In this document: piece by piece, positions 1-9,684 of the stretch
How the letters are laid out: each line of letters starts with the position of its first letter
Numbering within the stretch: position 1 is the first letter of the stretch
Program-made: the position numbers and the translations under genes
Source: Octopus bimaculoides
Lineage: Eukaryota
NCBI RefSeq assembly: GCF_001194135.2
Contig: NC_068987.1
Span: 76,389,882-76,427,637 of the forward strand
Direction of reading: 5' to 3'
DNA: 37,756 nucleotides
The notes under the pieces: generated by a model
Told to the model about the DNA's origin: nothing
Databases searched by the model: none
The model's input: the letters and a program-made list of their open reading frames with translations, nothing else

Positions 1-38
<38 letters not shown>

Positions 39-400
39 TTTCTTAATACTCATGTTATTGCGTGGGTGCATGTTCAATTATCTACGTGTGTATGTATGAA
101 AGCATGTGTGTCTGTGCATGTTTGTATACACAGAGATGTTTATGTCTGTGTGTATATATTTGTATGTATGTATGTATGTATGTATGTATGTATGTATGTA
201 TGTATGTATGGGTGTATGTAGAGTTGTGTATGGGCTTATATATACACTCGCGAACACACATACTTCTACATACACACATACGTACACACAAACACACATA
301 TACAGACAGACATAAACATCTCTGAATACACGTACACGCACATACACACATGCTTTCATACACTCACATATAGATACATGAACATGCATACACCCACGCA
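1..400. repeat. Compound microsatellite region: (TA)n 1-35, (TATG)n 161-210, CA-rich degenerate repeats
   Basis: Directly visible tandem units; accounts for ORFs 62..325, 78..401, 82..363 and 106..315. Confidence 0.95.
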
Positions 401-620
401 CTAATTTGAGTATTAAGTAAATTTGTATGCAATGTGGTCTCTATATATGATCATCATCCGTACCGGAGTCTTGTTCGTTAATCAAATTATTCGTTACACG
501 AGTAATTGAAATACATATAAATAAAAGTAATCTCTTCCAAGCCAATCCCAAACTCGACATAAAGGCATGAAATGTTTTATTTGTCCATCCATCATTAGTA
601 AATACGTAAATATATCTACA

Positions 621-726
621 TGTATGTATGTATGTATGTATGTATGTATGTATGTATGCATGTATGTATTATGTATGTATGTATGTATGTATGCATGTAT
701 GTATTATGTATGTATGTATGTATGTC
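621..726. repeat. Imperfect (TATG)n/(CATA)n microsatellite
   Basis: Directly visible; abuts the 3' end of the LINE at 727. Confidence 0.95.
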
Positions 727-1363
727 ATTATTCAGTTTATTTCAAGATTTCTTGCCAATAAAGAAAGAACAGGTTTCTAACCTAGATCCAAGGTTCCTTT
801 ATTGGAATTTCAACATCAACAACAGGGTATTGTGTATGTATATATGTATGTATGTGCAGATTTGTATGTTTTTTGTATGTATTCTCATGCATACAGTTGC
901 ATATCTAGACATGCTCATATATATTTAATTGATAAACTTCTGGAANNNNNNNNNNATCTAGACATGCTCATATATATTTAATTGATAAACTTCTGGAAAG
1001 TTTTACAGATTTTCACAGTTCCAGTGATGGATTGGATCTGTAGTCTTCGAATTAGCTTTATCTTTTCTGGTTTTGAGAAGCCTAATATCCCAAGATTGGT
1101 ATTTAGGCCGTGTATTACATATCCCAGGGCCCCAATAGTTACAGGTACAAACCTGAACTTGTAACCTGGATAGTGTAACTACAGATTTCTCAATAATTCA
1201 GCATAGGTGTTCTCTATTTCACTGATCTTCAGCTTTATGTCAACATCCGCTGGGCAGCTAATTTCCACAACTCTGCACAATTTCTCTTCTCCATCCCAAA
1301 TCATTATATTAGGTCTGCTGTGCTTATTGGGATCTTCACCGGTACATTCTACCAGTATTCCTT
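727..1363 (-). mobile_element. 5'-truncated non-LTR retrotransposon with restriction-like endonuclease domain (R4/Dong-like), copy 1, decayed
   Basis: Manual minus-strand translation: HSRPNIMIWDGEEKLCRVVEISCPADVDIKLKISEIENTYAELLRNL*LHYPGYKFRFVPVTIGALGYVIHGLNTNLGILGFSKPEKIKLIRRLQIQSITGTVKICKTFQKFIN* (stop 978-980). Matches the RLE pattern RPD-x-E-x-P / K-x-Y / P-x-x-IGALG; has an in-frame stop and D>N in RPD; the 3' UTR ends in AATAATGA followed by (CATA)n. Confidence 0.85.
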
Positions 1364-1384
1364 GTATATATGTATGTATGTATT

Positions 1385-1757
1385 TATTTGAGTTTTATTT
1401 ATTTCTTAAGAGAGTTCAAGCCGGTTGCTAAAAAGGTGACATGATTTTTTTTTTTTTTTGAGCTAAGAGAGTTTCCGGTGTTTGTAAATATGTGGTTGAG
1501 TAGATGTATGGGTTAAACTGTCGGTACACACTCCCAAGTGTGTGCATATATTCATCTAAAGAATATCGGATGGAGAATCTTTGGAATGGCTAACAAATCT
1601 TCATTGTGCCACTAATAGATTGGGTTTGAAGAATCCGCAGAAGCTTATTTTCGTTCTTTCTTCGAAAAACCTGGTATTTATAGGTTCTTATACAAATTTT
1701 TCGTTCCCTGTCTTGCAGAGCAATATGAGGTTTGTTATATCTGAACTGAATTGCTGT
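1385..1757 (-). mobile_element. Second, diverged RLE-LINE 3' end (copy 2)
   Basis: Minus-strand GFSKKER/KLLRILQTQSISGTMKIC*PFQRF aligns with copy 1 GFSKPEKIKLIRRLQIQSITGTVKICKTFQKF; flanked by (TATG)n on both sides. Confidence 0.75.
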
Positions 1758-1759
1758 TG

Positions 1760-1861
1760 TGTATGTTTGTATGTATGTATGTATGTATGTATGTATGTAT
1801 GTATGTATGTATGTATGTATGCATGTATGTATGATTGTATGTATGATTGTATGTATGTATT

Positions 1862-1911
<50 letters not shown>

Positions 1912-1948
1912 TATTATTATTGTTGTTGTTGTTGTTGTTGTTGTTGTT
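1760..1948. repeat. Compound microsatellite (TATG)n-(ATC)n-(ATT)n-(GTT)n
   Basis: Directly visible. Confidence 0.95.
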
Positions 1949-1961
1949 CAGGTCACTGTCT

Positions 1962-2168
1962 GGGGCATGTGGCGTAGTGGTTAAAAGTGCGGGCTACTAA
2001 CCTCAAGAGTCCAAGTTTGATTCCAGACAGTGACCTAAATAATAATGAGAACCCAGGTTCGAAATTTCCCCCAAGACACCTGATGAAGGCTGGAAAATGA
2101 GGACATATATCCGTCAAATGTAAATAGTGTAAATAATGTAAATAATTCGTCATCTTTTAAATATAGAA
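1962..2168 (+). mobile_element. tRNA-headed short element followed by an (AAT) spacer and a Penelope-like tail carrying a broken hammerhead core
   Basis: Box A TGGCGTAGTGG (1969-1980) and box B-like GTTTGATTCC (2015-2024); CTGATGA at 2080-2086 followed by AGGCTG then GAAA with no helix II partner; 14-bp inverted copy at 1950-1963 vs 2023-2036. Confidence 0.6.
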
Positions 2169-2229
2169 CAATATTATTATTATTTTTCATATATTTGAAA
2201 ATTTGGAAGCTGCATGAAATCCGTACGTG

Positions 2230-2608
2230 GACGTTAACGAAATATTTGCAAACGTTCTCCTAGTCAATGTGCGTAGTCTATGAGTGGTCTGTTGTTCAAA
2301 TTTCAGTTCGTTTGTCCTAATATAGTTTTCGTCAGCAAAACTGCATGCTATACAAGCGTTCAATAAGCGTATTGTTCGCATACACTTTCCTAGCACTTAT
2401 ACGCATGCGGAGCCTACTCGTGGTTTGTTTTTCAAATTTCAGCTCGTTGAGCGAATAGACTTTCTGTCACTTTTACGCGTGCGTAGTCAGCTCATAATTC
2501 GTTGATCAAATTTCATCTCGTTATGCATGTTTAATTTTCTTCAGAAAAAGCGTTCATTATTTAGTTTGTTCGTCTAGCGAACTGTTCGTATATGAGTACC
2601 CCACTGTA
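2230..2608 (-). mobile_element. pogo/Tigger-like MITE remnant
   Basis: Terminus TA-CAGTGGGGTACTCATATACGAAC on the minus strand (2608 downward); three internal repeats containing CAAATTTCA(G/T)NTCGTT at about 2298, 2434 and 2507; the other TIR was not found. Confidence 0.5.
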
Positions 2609-3114
2609 CTAATTTTTTCTCGATACTAAAGTTAAAATGAAAATGTTAACACTGCCGTTAAGCTTTCATTTCATAACTCATATGTTTGAATACACTGCTG
2701 ATCGCTCTTCGGTCGTACTTTACGGTGATACACGTCTTCTTATATGATGCTGTCCAAGGAGAACATCAGGAGTAATTATCAGAGAGTTACTTCCGATAAA
2801 CTGGCGTTTTAACCATGAGAAGGTTTATCTCACTTTCCATTTATATCACTCCCCAGAATCTACTCCATACACGCACACACACACACACACGAAACCTTAG
2901 TGACCCCCGGAACTTGGGAACAGATATGATCATGAGAGTCAACTACTTTTCGTAACCAGAAGTATCCATAAGGATTTAATTAGCCACATTGACTTCAGGA
3001 CGCTTCGAAACAGAGTTTGTGACTTCCGTAATTTTCCCAAGAATAACCCCGGGCATATAATAAAACAAGTCACAGTCGGCAAACCGAACTAGAACTCTTA
3101 AATTGGGCACTCAC

Positions 3115-3140
3115 CATTTTGACGAGTCTAAACAAGAAAG
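3115..3140 (-). other. Candidate exon ending in the start codon: CTTTCTTGTTTAGACTCGTCAAAATG|GTGAGT
   Basis: Consensus donor GTGAGT (3114-3109) directly after ATG in CAAAATG context; the upstream pyrimidine tract reads either as a TOP-like start or as an acceptor (TTTAG) giving a 13-nt microexon; no downstream exon found. Confidence 0.35.
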
Positions 3141-3625
3141 ATATTGTTGTTTCATTGTCTTCCCAGCCCCATTACTAACCCCCTCACTACACACCCACCT
3201 ACCTAACCACACACGCACACACGAACACGCACATATGCACACAGGCACGCACACACATGCATGCATACCTTCTTGCTAATTCGTTCATTACATTTATCTG
3301 TTATTTAGACACAGTGCTAACACTCAGGTTTCACCCTCTTCACAATCTGCTATCAAGCCATATTATCTAACAAGTATGTATCATATATTTTAGCTAATGT
3401 TAACTGACTAGTACGATCAAGAGTGACCTTTTAAAAGCCCACCTCCACTAATATTATTCTTGCGCAGATTATGATAACGTGCACAGACATGTTCATGAAA
3501 CAACACAACCCCACCTCCTTGCTATGATATACGACTTGGGAAAATACGAGCCGAAGAGAAATAACCACTATGCGATCGCTCGATCAGCTAGAAATAGCAG
3601 TAAAAAAATCCATCAAATCATAATA

Positions 3626-4317
3626 CGAGGTCTGATCAATAAGTATCCGGACTGTTGCTATAGTAACGAAGGTAAAGCGCACAAAGTGAAGCCGTTCAGC
3701 AAAGATTAACCACGAACTCTGCTCTGCATCCGTACTAAGTTTTGACGTTATAGCTCACTTTCCCTATTTACAGCAGTGTTTGGAAGGAATGTGTGTAGCG
3801 TGTGATCGTCGCATTGACCATGGCAGAGAAAGTTGTCATGGCGATACCTGCTCAATAGGCTACGGCAAAGTTGCAGAAAGTGTATGAAAGCGGTGTGTAT
3901 GAGCCGCACACAAGTGTACGAGTGGTTCAGACGTTTCCAAGATGGCCGAAAAAATGTCGATATTGACGAACGTTCTGGGAGACCCGAAACCAGCAGAACT
4001 GAGAAAAACATCGCAAATGTGCGTGCAGCTATGAGGGGAAATCGTCGAATCACCATCCGTGAGTTATCAGAGGATGTGTAGATTAGTTACGGTTCAGTTC
4101 AGTCCATTATCACTGAAGATTCGGGTATGAGGCACATGTCTACCAAGTTTGTGCCAAAACTGCTTTCAGCTGACCAAAAAGACACTCGGGTTTCAGTTGC
4201 ACAACATCACTTTGATTGTGTCGAGAACGATGAAAACTTTTTGAAAACTTTGCGTAGGCCTCTGAGCAGATATTGCCAAGCTTTTGGCAAAATTTAATAC
4301 TTATTGATCAGATCACG
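3626..4317 (+). mobile_element. Internally deleted mariner element (TIRs plus N-terminal transposase only)
   Basis: TA at 3624-3625 then TIR CGAGGTCTGATCAATAAGTAT; inverted copy ATACTTATTGATCAGATCACG at 4297-4317 (16 bp perfect). Confidence 0.88.
3833..4255 (+). pseudogene. Mariner transposase N-terminal HTH region, disrupted; catalytic DDD domain absent
   Basis: QVYEWFRRFQDGRKNVDIDERSGRPETS...RRITIRELSEDV*ISYGSVQSIITEDSGMRHMSTKFVPKLLS: the GRP motif and a WVP-equivalent linker (KFVPKLL) are typical of mariner. Confidence 0.85.
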
Positions 4318-4381
4318 CATATATTCTTAAAAACGGACAGAAACGTGTATCCAAATTAATGTATTTCTTGAAACGTTAAGA

Positions 4382-4991
4382 TACATGATGAGGTGTTGAA
4401 AAATTGCTGGCTTCAAGGGTGTCACGAAAGGTCTAATTAGAAGCCCAACCCTCTGAGTTCTTTTACAGGACTTAGAAAAACTGAAGGACTGCTGCAAGAA
4501 GTGTGTGAATCTGAGAGGGGAATTTGTTTAATAAAATCAGTGGCTGTGTGGTAAGTAGCTTGCTTACCAACCACATGGTTCCGGGTTCAGTCCCACTGCG
4601 TGGCACCTTGGCCAAGTGTCTTCGACTATAGCCTAGGGCTGACCAAAGCCTTGTGAGTGGATTTGGTAGACAGAAACTGAAAGAAGCCTGTCGTATATAT
4701 GTATATATATATGTATGTGTGTTTTTGTGCCTGTGTTTGTCCCCCCAGTATCGCTTGACAACCGATGCTGGTGTGTTTATGACCCGTAACTTAGCGGTTC
4801 GGCAAAAAGAGACCGATAGAATAAGTACTAGGCTTACAAAGAATAAGTCCTGAGGTCGATTTGCTCGACTAAAGGCGGTGCTCCAGCATGGCCGCAGTCA
4901 AATGACTGAAGCAAGTAAAAGAGTAAAAGAGTAACTGATCCTCCTGTATTTTCGTTTACCCAAAGCCGGGAACTTTTCAGTACCCCTCGTA
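4382..4991 (+). mobile_element. Mariner-derived MITE retaining the transposase C-terminus, split by a SINE
   Basis: Right TIR AAAGCCGGGAACTTTTCAGTACCCCTCG-TA and degenerate left TIR at 4382-4412; 4462-4530 encodes LQDLEKLKDCCKKCVNLRGEFV* (mariner C-terminal KC-x-G-x-Y pattern). Confidence 0.72.
4539..4931 (+). mobile_element. SINE family A (tRNA head, central TA/CA microsatellite, AAAAGAGT tail), near full length
   Basis: Head AGTGGCTGTGTGGTAAG...GGGTTCAGTCCC; collinear with 27646-28067 and many other copies in the window. Confidence 0.9.
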
Positions 4992-5000
4992 CCTTGAATA

Positions 5001-5278
5001 AGGCGACGTGCCGGCAGAATCGCTGGCACGCCGGACACAATGCCAGGCCCGTCGTTAGGTTTCGGCCCAGTGCACCCCCTTATCAATGGGCATGCACAAT
5101 GCTTAACGGCAATTCGTCCCTCTTTACATTCTGTGTTCAAATTTCACCGAGGACGATTTTGCCTTTCATCTTCTCTGGGTCTACAAAATAAGTACCAGTT
5201 TAGTACTGCGGTCCACGTGATCGACTAGTCCCCTACCCCAAAATTTCAGGCCTTGTGGTTATAACAAAAAAGATTATT
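5001..5278 (+). mobile_element. SINE family B (CORE-type, OR-like) with a hAT insertion in its head
   Basis: Head GGCGACGTGCCGGCAGAATCG...GTTCAAATTTC; CORE-like GCCTTTCATCTTCTCTGGGTCTACAAAATAAGTACC; collinear with the reverse complement of 15921-16150. Confidence 0.8.
5044..5094. mobile_element. 51-bp hAT-type micro-MITE
   Basis: Perfect 8-bp TSD CACAATGC at 5036-5043 and 5095-5102; termini CAGGCCC / GGGCATG (6 of 7 inverted match). Confidence 0.8.
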
Positions 5279-5355
5279 TACATTCAATCTATCCAATTCA
5301 AACTGAACGCCAGCATGGCCTACAGTTTAAGCAGTTCCCACTGCAATATATCGGG

Positions 5356-5496
5356 CAGTGCCGTCTCTAGGTTTAGGTACACTGGGTAGCTGCTAGGGGA
5401 CTCCACATGTCAAACGACTCGATTCTAATCTATGTATACTGTGGCTTTCTGTGCACTGATTTGCCTGTAAGCCTCAATACTGCTAAGACGGACCTG
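5356..5496. mobile_element. hAT-type MITE, 141 bp
   Basis: Termini CAGTGCCGTCTCTAG / CTAAGACGGACCTG; flanks ATATCGGG and ATCTTGGG (6 of 8, decayed TSD); 5' end resembles 5044-5062. Confidence 0.6.
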
Positions 5497-6124
5497 ATCT
5501 TGGGTAATCATTTATCACCATAAACTCGGGTTGACCCAAGCTTTGTGAGGGATATAAGATGGACCGAAAATGTAAAAACCACTCGGATGCACTGCGCCTG
5601 TAATCCAAAATTCAAGTGTTGTCCCATCGATTCAGCCTGAAAATTACATTAAAACACGTTGGTGGAATGCACAGTCACATAAACGTTAATTTAACGAACA
5701 AGAGGATATAATATCGTTGAAGCCAGCGGGTGATCTATCAATACCCCAGGGCAACTGTCTCTAACCTTTCTGTACAATGGACCGTTTTCATGCAAGACAA
5801 TGTTTCCATCACCGGGGTATCACACGCATAACAAAACTCAATAAAATGCAGAATATATAATTTGATTCTTACATATATAATATACATCAATTGAATCAGT
5901 GAGTTGAAGGCATAAAATCTTCATAGCACGTCTGGAAAAATAAACGCCAAATGCCCAATAAGAGCATAATAATTCCCCTTCTTATTTCTTTTTATTTTTC
6001 GTTTTTCTTTCTTTTACCTTGATAACGGGCCCTACCTAAATTATCATATATTTCCTCTTCCTCGCAGATAAGAAATATCTAAAATAGCCTGTCAGTCTGC
6101 ATCGTTTATGCATGATTTTTCCGT

Positions 6125-6218
6125 AAGTTTTATTTAAGTTCTTCTTAAAAGAGTTTAAGCCGATCTCTAACAAAGCGACAACCTTGAAATAAAATTGAAT
6201 AATGACATACATACATAT
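6125..6218. mobile_element. Two short RLE-LINE 3' end fragments back to back
   Basis: 6125-6181 aligns with 1390-1441; 6184-6218 is the reverse complement of the copy 1 terminus at about 717-750, including the CATA tail. Confidence 0.6.
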
Positions 6219-6380
6219 TAGCGGCAGAATTTCGAATAATACCATTGTTCTCCTAAAACTGAGCCACAATGATGTGGTTCTTGCGGTCCTGCAGAGATGT
6301 AGCAACAATGGCCACCTCTTCCAGCAGATGTTCAGAGAGTTACCACCGACACTGACGCATAACTTCATTCTATCATAGAA
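6219..6380 (+). pseudogene. Possible Tc1/mariner-family transposase C-terminal remnant
   Basis: Open frame ...LKLSHNDVVLAVLQRCSNNGHLFQQM... loosely resembles the RLQxCxxxxGxHF terminus of Tc1/mariner-type transposases; no TIR found. Confidence 0.3.
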
Positions 6381-7438
6381 TTTTTCGTTAATTGTTTCAC
6401 TGTTATTGTCTTCCAATGTATGCAACACATGATATAAATGTCATTAGAGATGTTAAAAATCAAGCAATGTTTGAGTATGGAGCTCTTTAAAGTGAGGAAA
6501 GGCTTAAACAGGACCAGTCTTACTCTCTAAACAACGTATACATTTCCCCAAAATGAAGAATTAGTCTATATCATTGGATGCAAACGAAGTCGCAGCTGTT
6601 ATATCAGAGACTTTCTTCTAGAAAGATGTCTTAACACTTTTTGTGTTATTGGTAACATGTAATCCATTACAATCTGTTAAATGGGCGAGCCGTTGGCAAG
6701 TAAACCAGAAACCCTACCAAGTCTGTTTGGTAAGGAGTGTGGTTTTCGTTGGACAATCTGCAGGATGACTAGCAAAAACTGTCAAGGGTCGGATAGACTC
6801 AATAAAGTTAGCGGCCATCCAAAAGTTGCGAATGAGAGACATACATACATACGCACATACGTACAAGGTGTGAGGTCAATAAACATAAAAAAAGAACATC
6901 ACAAAGAGAACATTGACAAATATGAGGTTTTTTAAAACTTGAGAAGCTGAAATGGAAGTGCCTTAACGTTTCGGACTTTTTTCCTTCATCGGTAATAAAA
7001 AGGAAAAAGACAAAGAGAAGTATGGTGAGAAGAGGGAAAGAAACAGAGAGAGAAACAATGAGCGTATACGTGAAAAACATACATAGTTATGAGATTTGAA
7101 ATGAAATCCACCAACACACACACACACACACAAAGAAAAATAAGCTTTGAGAAATAAATCGATCAGTAATATGAATTAAACAATACAGACAAATAAATGT
7201 ATTTCAAATACCATTGAAAATAATAATCTCATTACTTATCTTGTGGCAATTGTAACCAATTCTAAGAGAAAAGAAGATAATCTCATGAATTCATGAGTCT
7301 CCGAAAAGGCAGTCTTTATGTTTGGAGACTGAAGTACAGACATGGACACGTTTCAATTTCAAAAGGGGTCATCGGCATTGCAGTTGTCTTACCTTGACTC
7401 AATCAAACTTGATACTTCGACACATACATACATACATA

Positions 7439-7660
7439 CTTTTTATCTTTTATCTTTTACTTGTTTCAGTTATTAGACTGCAGTCATGCTGGGGCACAAC
7501 CAAGAAAATTTTTTAGTGGAATGACTCGACAATAGGACTTATTCTTTGGTTAAGACTGGTAGTTATTATATCGGTCTCTTTTGCCGACCCGCTAAGTTAC
7601 GGGGATGCAAACATACCAATACCGGTTGCCAAGTGGTGTGGGACAGAAACACAAACGCAT
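7439..7660 (-). mobile_element. SINE family A, 3' half
   Basis: Reverse complement of the tail and 3' body; ends at the internal (TA)n where another repeat begins. Confidence 0.85.
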
Positions 7661-7681
7661 ATATATATATATATATATATA

Positions 7682-7909
7682 TCTTATGATATTTACTTTA
7701 CTTTATATTATACTCATTTATTGTGCTTTTAATTATTAATTTTTCTATATGTGATAGTGGATTTTCATCGATGAGTTCTTGAAAATTGGTTATTTTCCCT
7801 AAAACTATATATATTTTATATATACTTTATCTATAAGGCTCAATTTAATTTTTTATAAATTGATTTTAATTGAGTTTTTTACCTGTAATTTTGGATTTTG
7901 TCCCTAATA
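7682..7909 (+). mobile_element. Young AT-rich repeat (segments X 7740-7812 and Y 7828-7909), probable non-LTR/Penelope 3' end
   Basis: Recurs at 30300-30461: X has 2 mismatches in 71 bp, Y has 1 mismatch plus one short indel. Confidence 0.65.
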
Positions 7910-9243
7910 NNNNNNNNNNNNNNNNNNNNNNNNNNNNNNNNNNNNNNNNNNNNNNNNNNNNNNNNNNNNNNNNNNNNNNNNNNNNNNNNNNNNNNNNNNN
8001 NNNNNNNNNNNNNNNNNNNNNNNNNNNNNNNNNNNNNNNNNNNNNNNNNNNNNNNNNNNNNNNNNNNNNNNNNNNNNNNNNNNNNNNNNNNNNNNNNNNN
8101 NNNNNNNNNNNNNNNNNNNNNNNNNNNNNNNNNNNNNNNNNNNNNNNNNNNNNNNNNNNNNNNNNNNNNNNNNNNNNNNNNNNNNNNNNNNNNNNNNNNN
8201 NNNNNNNNNNNNNNNNNNNNNNNNNNNNNNNNNNNNNNNNNNNNNNNNNNNNNNNNNNNNNNNNNNNNNNNNNNNNNNNNNNNNNNNNNNNNNNNNNNNN
8301 NNNNNNNNNNNNNNNNNNNNNNNNNNNNNNNNNNNNNNNNNNNNNNNNNNNNNNNNNNNNNNNNNNNNNNNNNNNNNNNNNNNNNNNNNNNNNNNNNNNN
8401 NNNNNNNNNNNNNNNNNNNNNNNNNNNNNNNNNNNNNNNNNNNNNNNNNNNNNNNNNNNNNNNNNNNNNNNNNNNNNNNNNNNNNNNNNNNNNNNNNNNN
8501 NNNNNNNNNNNNNNNNNNNNNNNNNNNNNNNNNNNNNNNNNNNNNNNNNNNNNNNNNNNNNNNNNNNNNNNNNNNNNNNNNNNNNNNNNNNNNNNNNNNN
8601 NNNNNNNNNNNNNNNNNNNNNNNNNNNNNNNNNNNNNNNNNNNNNNNNNNNNNNNNNNNNNNNNNNNNNNNNNNNNNNNNNNNNNNNNNNNNNNNNNNNN
8701 NNNNNNNNNNNNNNNNNNNNNNNNNNNNNNNNNNNNNNNNNNNNNNNNNNNNNNNNNNNNNNNNNNNNNNNNNNNNNNNNNNNNNNNNNNNNNNNNNNNN
8801 NNNNNNNNNNNNNNNNNNNNNNNNNNNNNAATATATGCAAATAATATTTTTTCCTTTTTCGTGTTGATTCATCGATGATTACTTGTTACGCCGATGCGAG
8901 AATAAAAATAAAAGTTTGTATTATGCAACACAGGCAGTGAACAAAATTAAAATAGAATAGAGCGGTGACATTTAGTAGAGATGACCCAGAAGTTGTTGTT
9001 CTTCGATTATTATGGCAAACAGCAGTAGCTTTCTTCAACTGAATACACGTCGTTGTTTGGTTAAAATTACCCAAATACCACAACTTTAACATAAAATAAC
9101 TTCTAAAATACGAAATTTTGTCAAAAATGTTGAAAGTAAACCGTGTTCAGCGTGAGAAATTACACCAGTATACGAAGTTTCAAACTGTTTAGTTAAAAAA
9201 AAATATAGTAATTAAAAAATCTGTGAGCGAAACTAAACAGATC

Positions 9244-9372
9244 CCAGTCGAGTGGACAAGGGCTTCGTGAAATAAAGTATTTTGTTCAAGGACACAATGC
9301 GCCGCCGGGAATTGAACTCACGACCTTACGATCGTCAGCCGATTAACCTAACCACTAAGTTACGCACCTTCA
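9244..9372 (-). mobile_element. SINE family C, 5' part (tRNA head)
   Basis: Minus strand GAAGGTGCGTAACTTAGTGGTTAGG...GAGTTCAATTCCCGGCGGCGCATTGTGTCCTTGAACAA; homologous to 31600-31722. Confidence 0.8.
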
Positions 9373-9454
9373 CTCACTCACTCACTCACGCACACATTTC
9401 TATGCAGCGCATTTAAAGAATTTATTCCCACAAAGGGACGATAGCCTCTTAGGG

Positions 9455-9684
9455 CAGTGGTTCTTAAAGTAATAAATGCCAACTGCCCATCCCACCACCC
9501 AAATCTACCCCTAAATACTTAGGGCAAATCCTACTCTTCTTTATTCACGGGAAATGGGTTTGTTTCCACATAATGATTTCTTCGTCAGCTTAAAATTATT
9601 TTATTTCAATTTACCAAACCATAACAATTTGCTCTCCCTTTACAACCCTCACAGTTCCCCCACCCTTTCCCATGAGAAGCACAG
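9455..9684. mobile_element. Decayed hAT (Charlie-like) MITE
   Basis: Left CAGTGGTTCTTAA and right TGAGAAGCACAG form a degenerate inverted pair; no TSD seen. Confidence 0.4.

Noticed and set aside
903-998. 43-bp direct duplication (also 35 bp at 23051-23130)
   Set aside because: Identical copies flank a 10-N spacer, which indicates unmerged contig overlap rather than biology.
62-2000. ORFs rich in MYVC/HTYI/SSSS/HHHH
   Set aside because: Translations of TATG, CA and ATC microsatellites.
1962-2040. Possible genuine tRNA gene
   Set aside because: No 3' acceptor strand complementary to the 5' end, a poor T stem and no terminator; it is a SINE-type head.
3748-4056. 102-aa minus-strand ORF
   Set aside because: Antisense shadow of the mariner transposase remnant.
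7866-8878. Long ORFs of 320+ aa (also 29367-30084 and 34319-34874)
   Set aside because: They consist of N gaps read as X.
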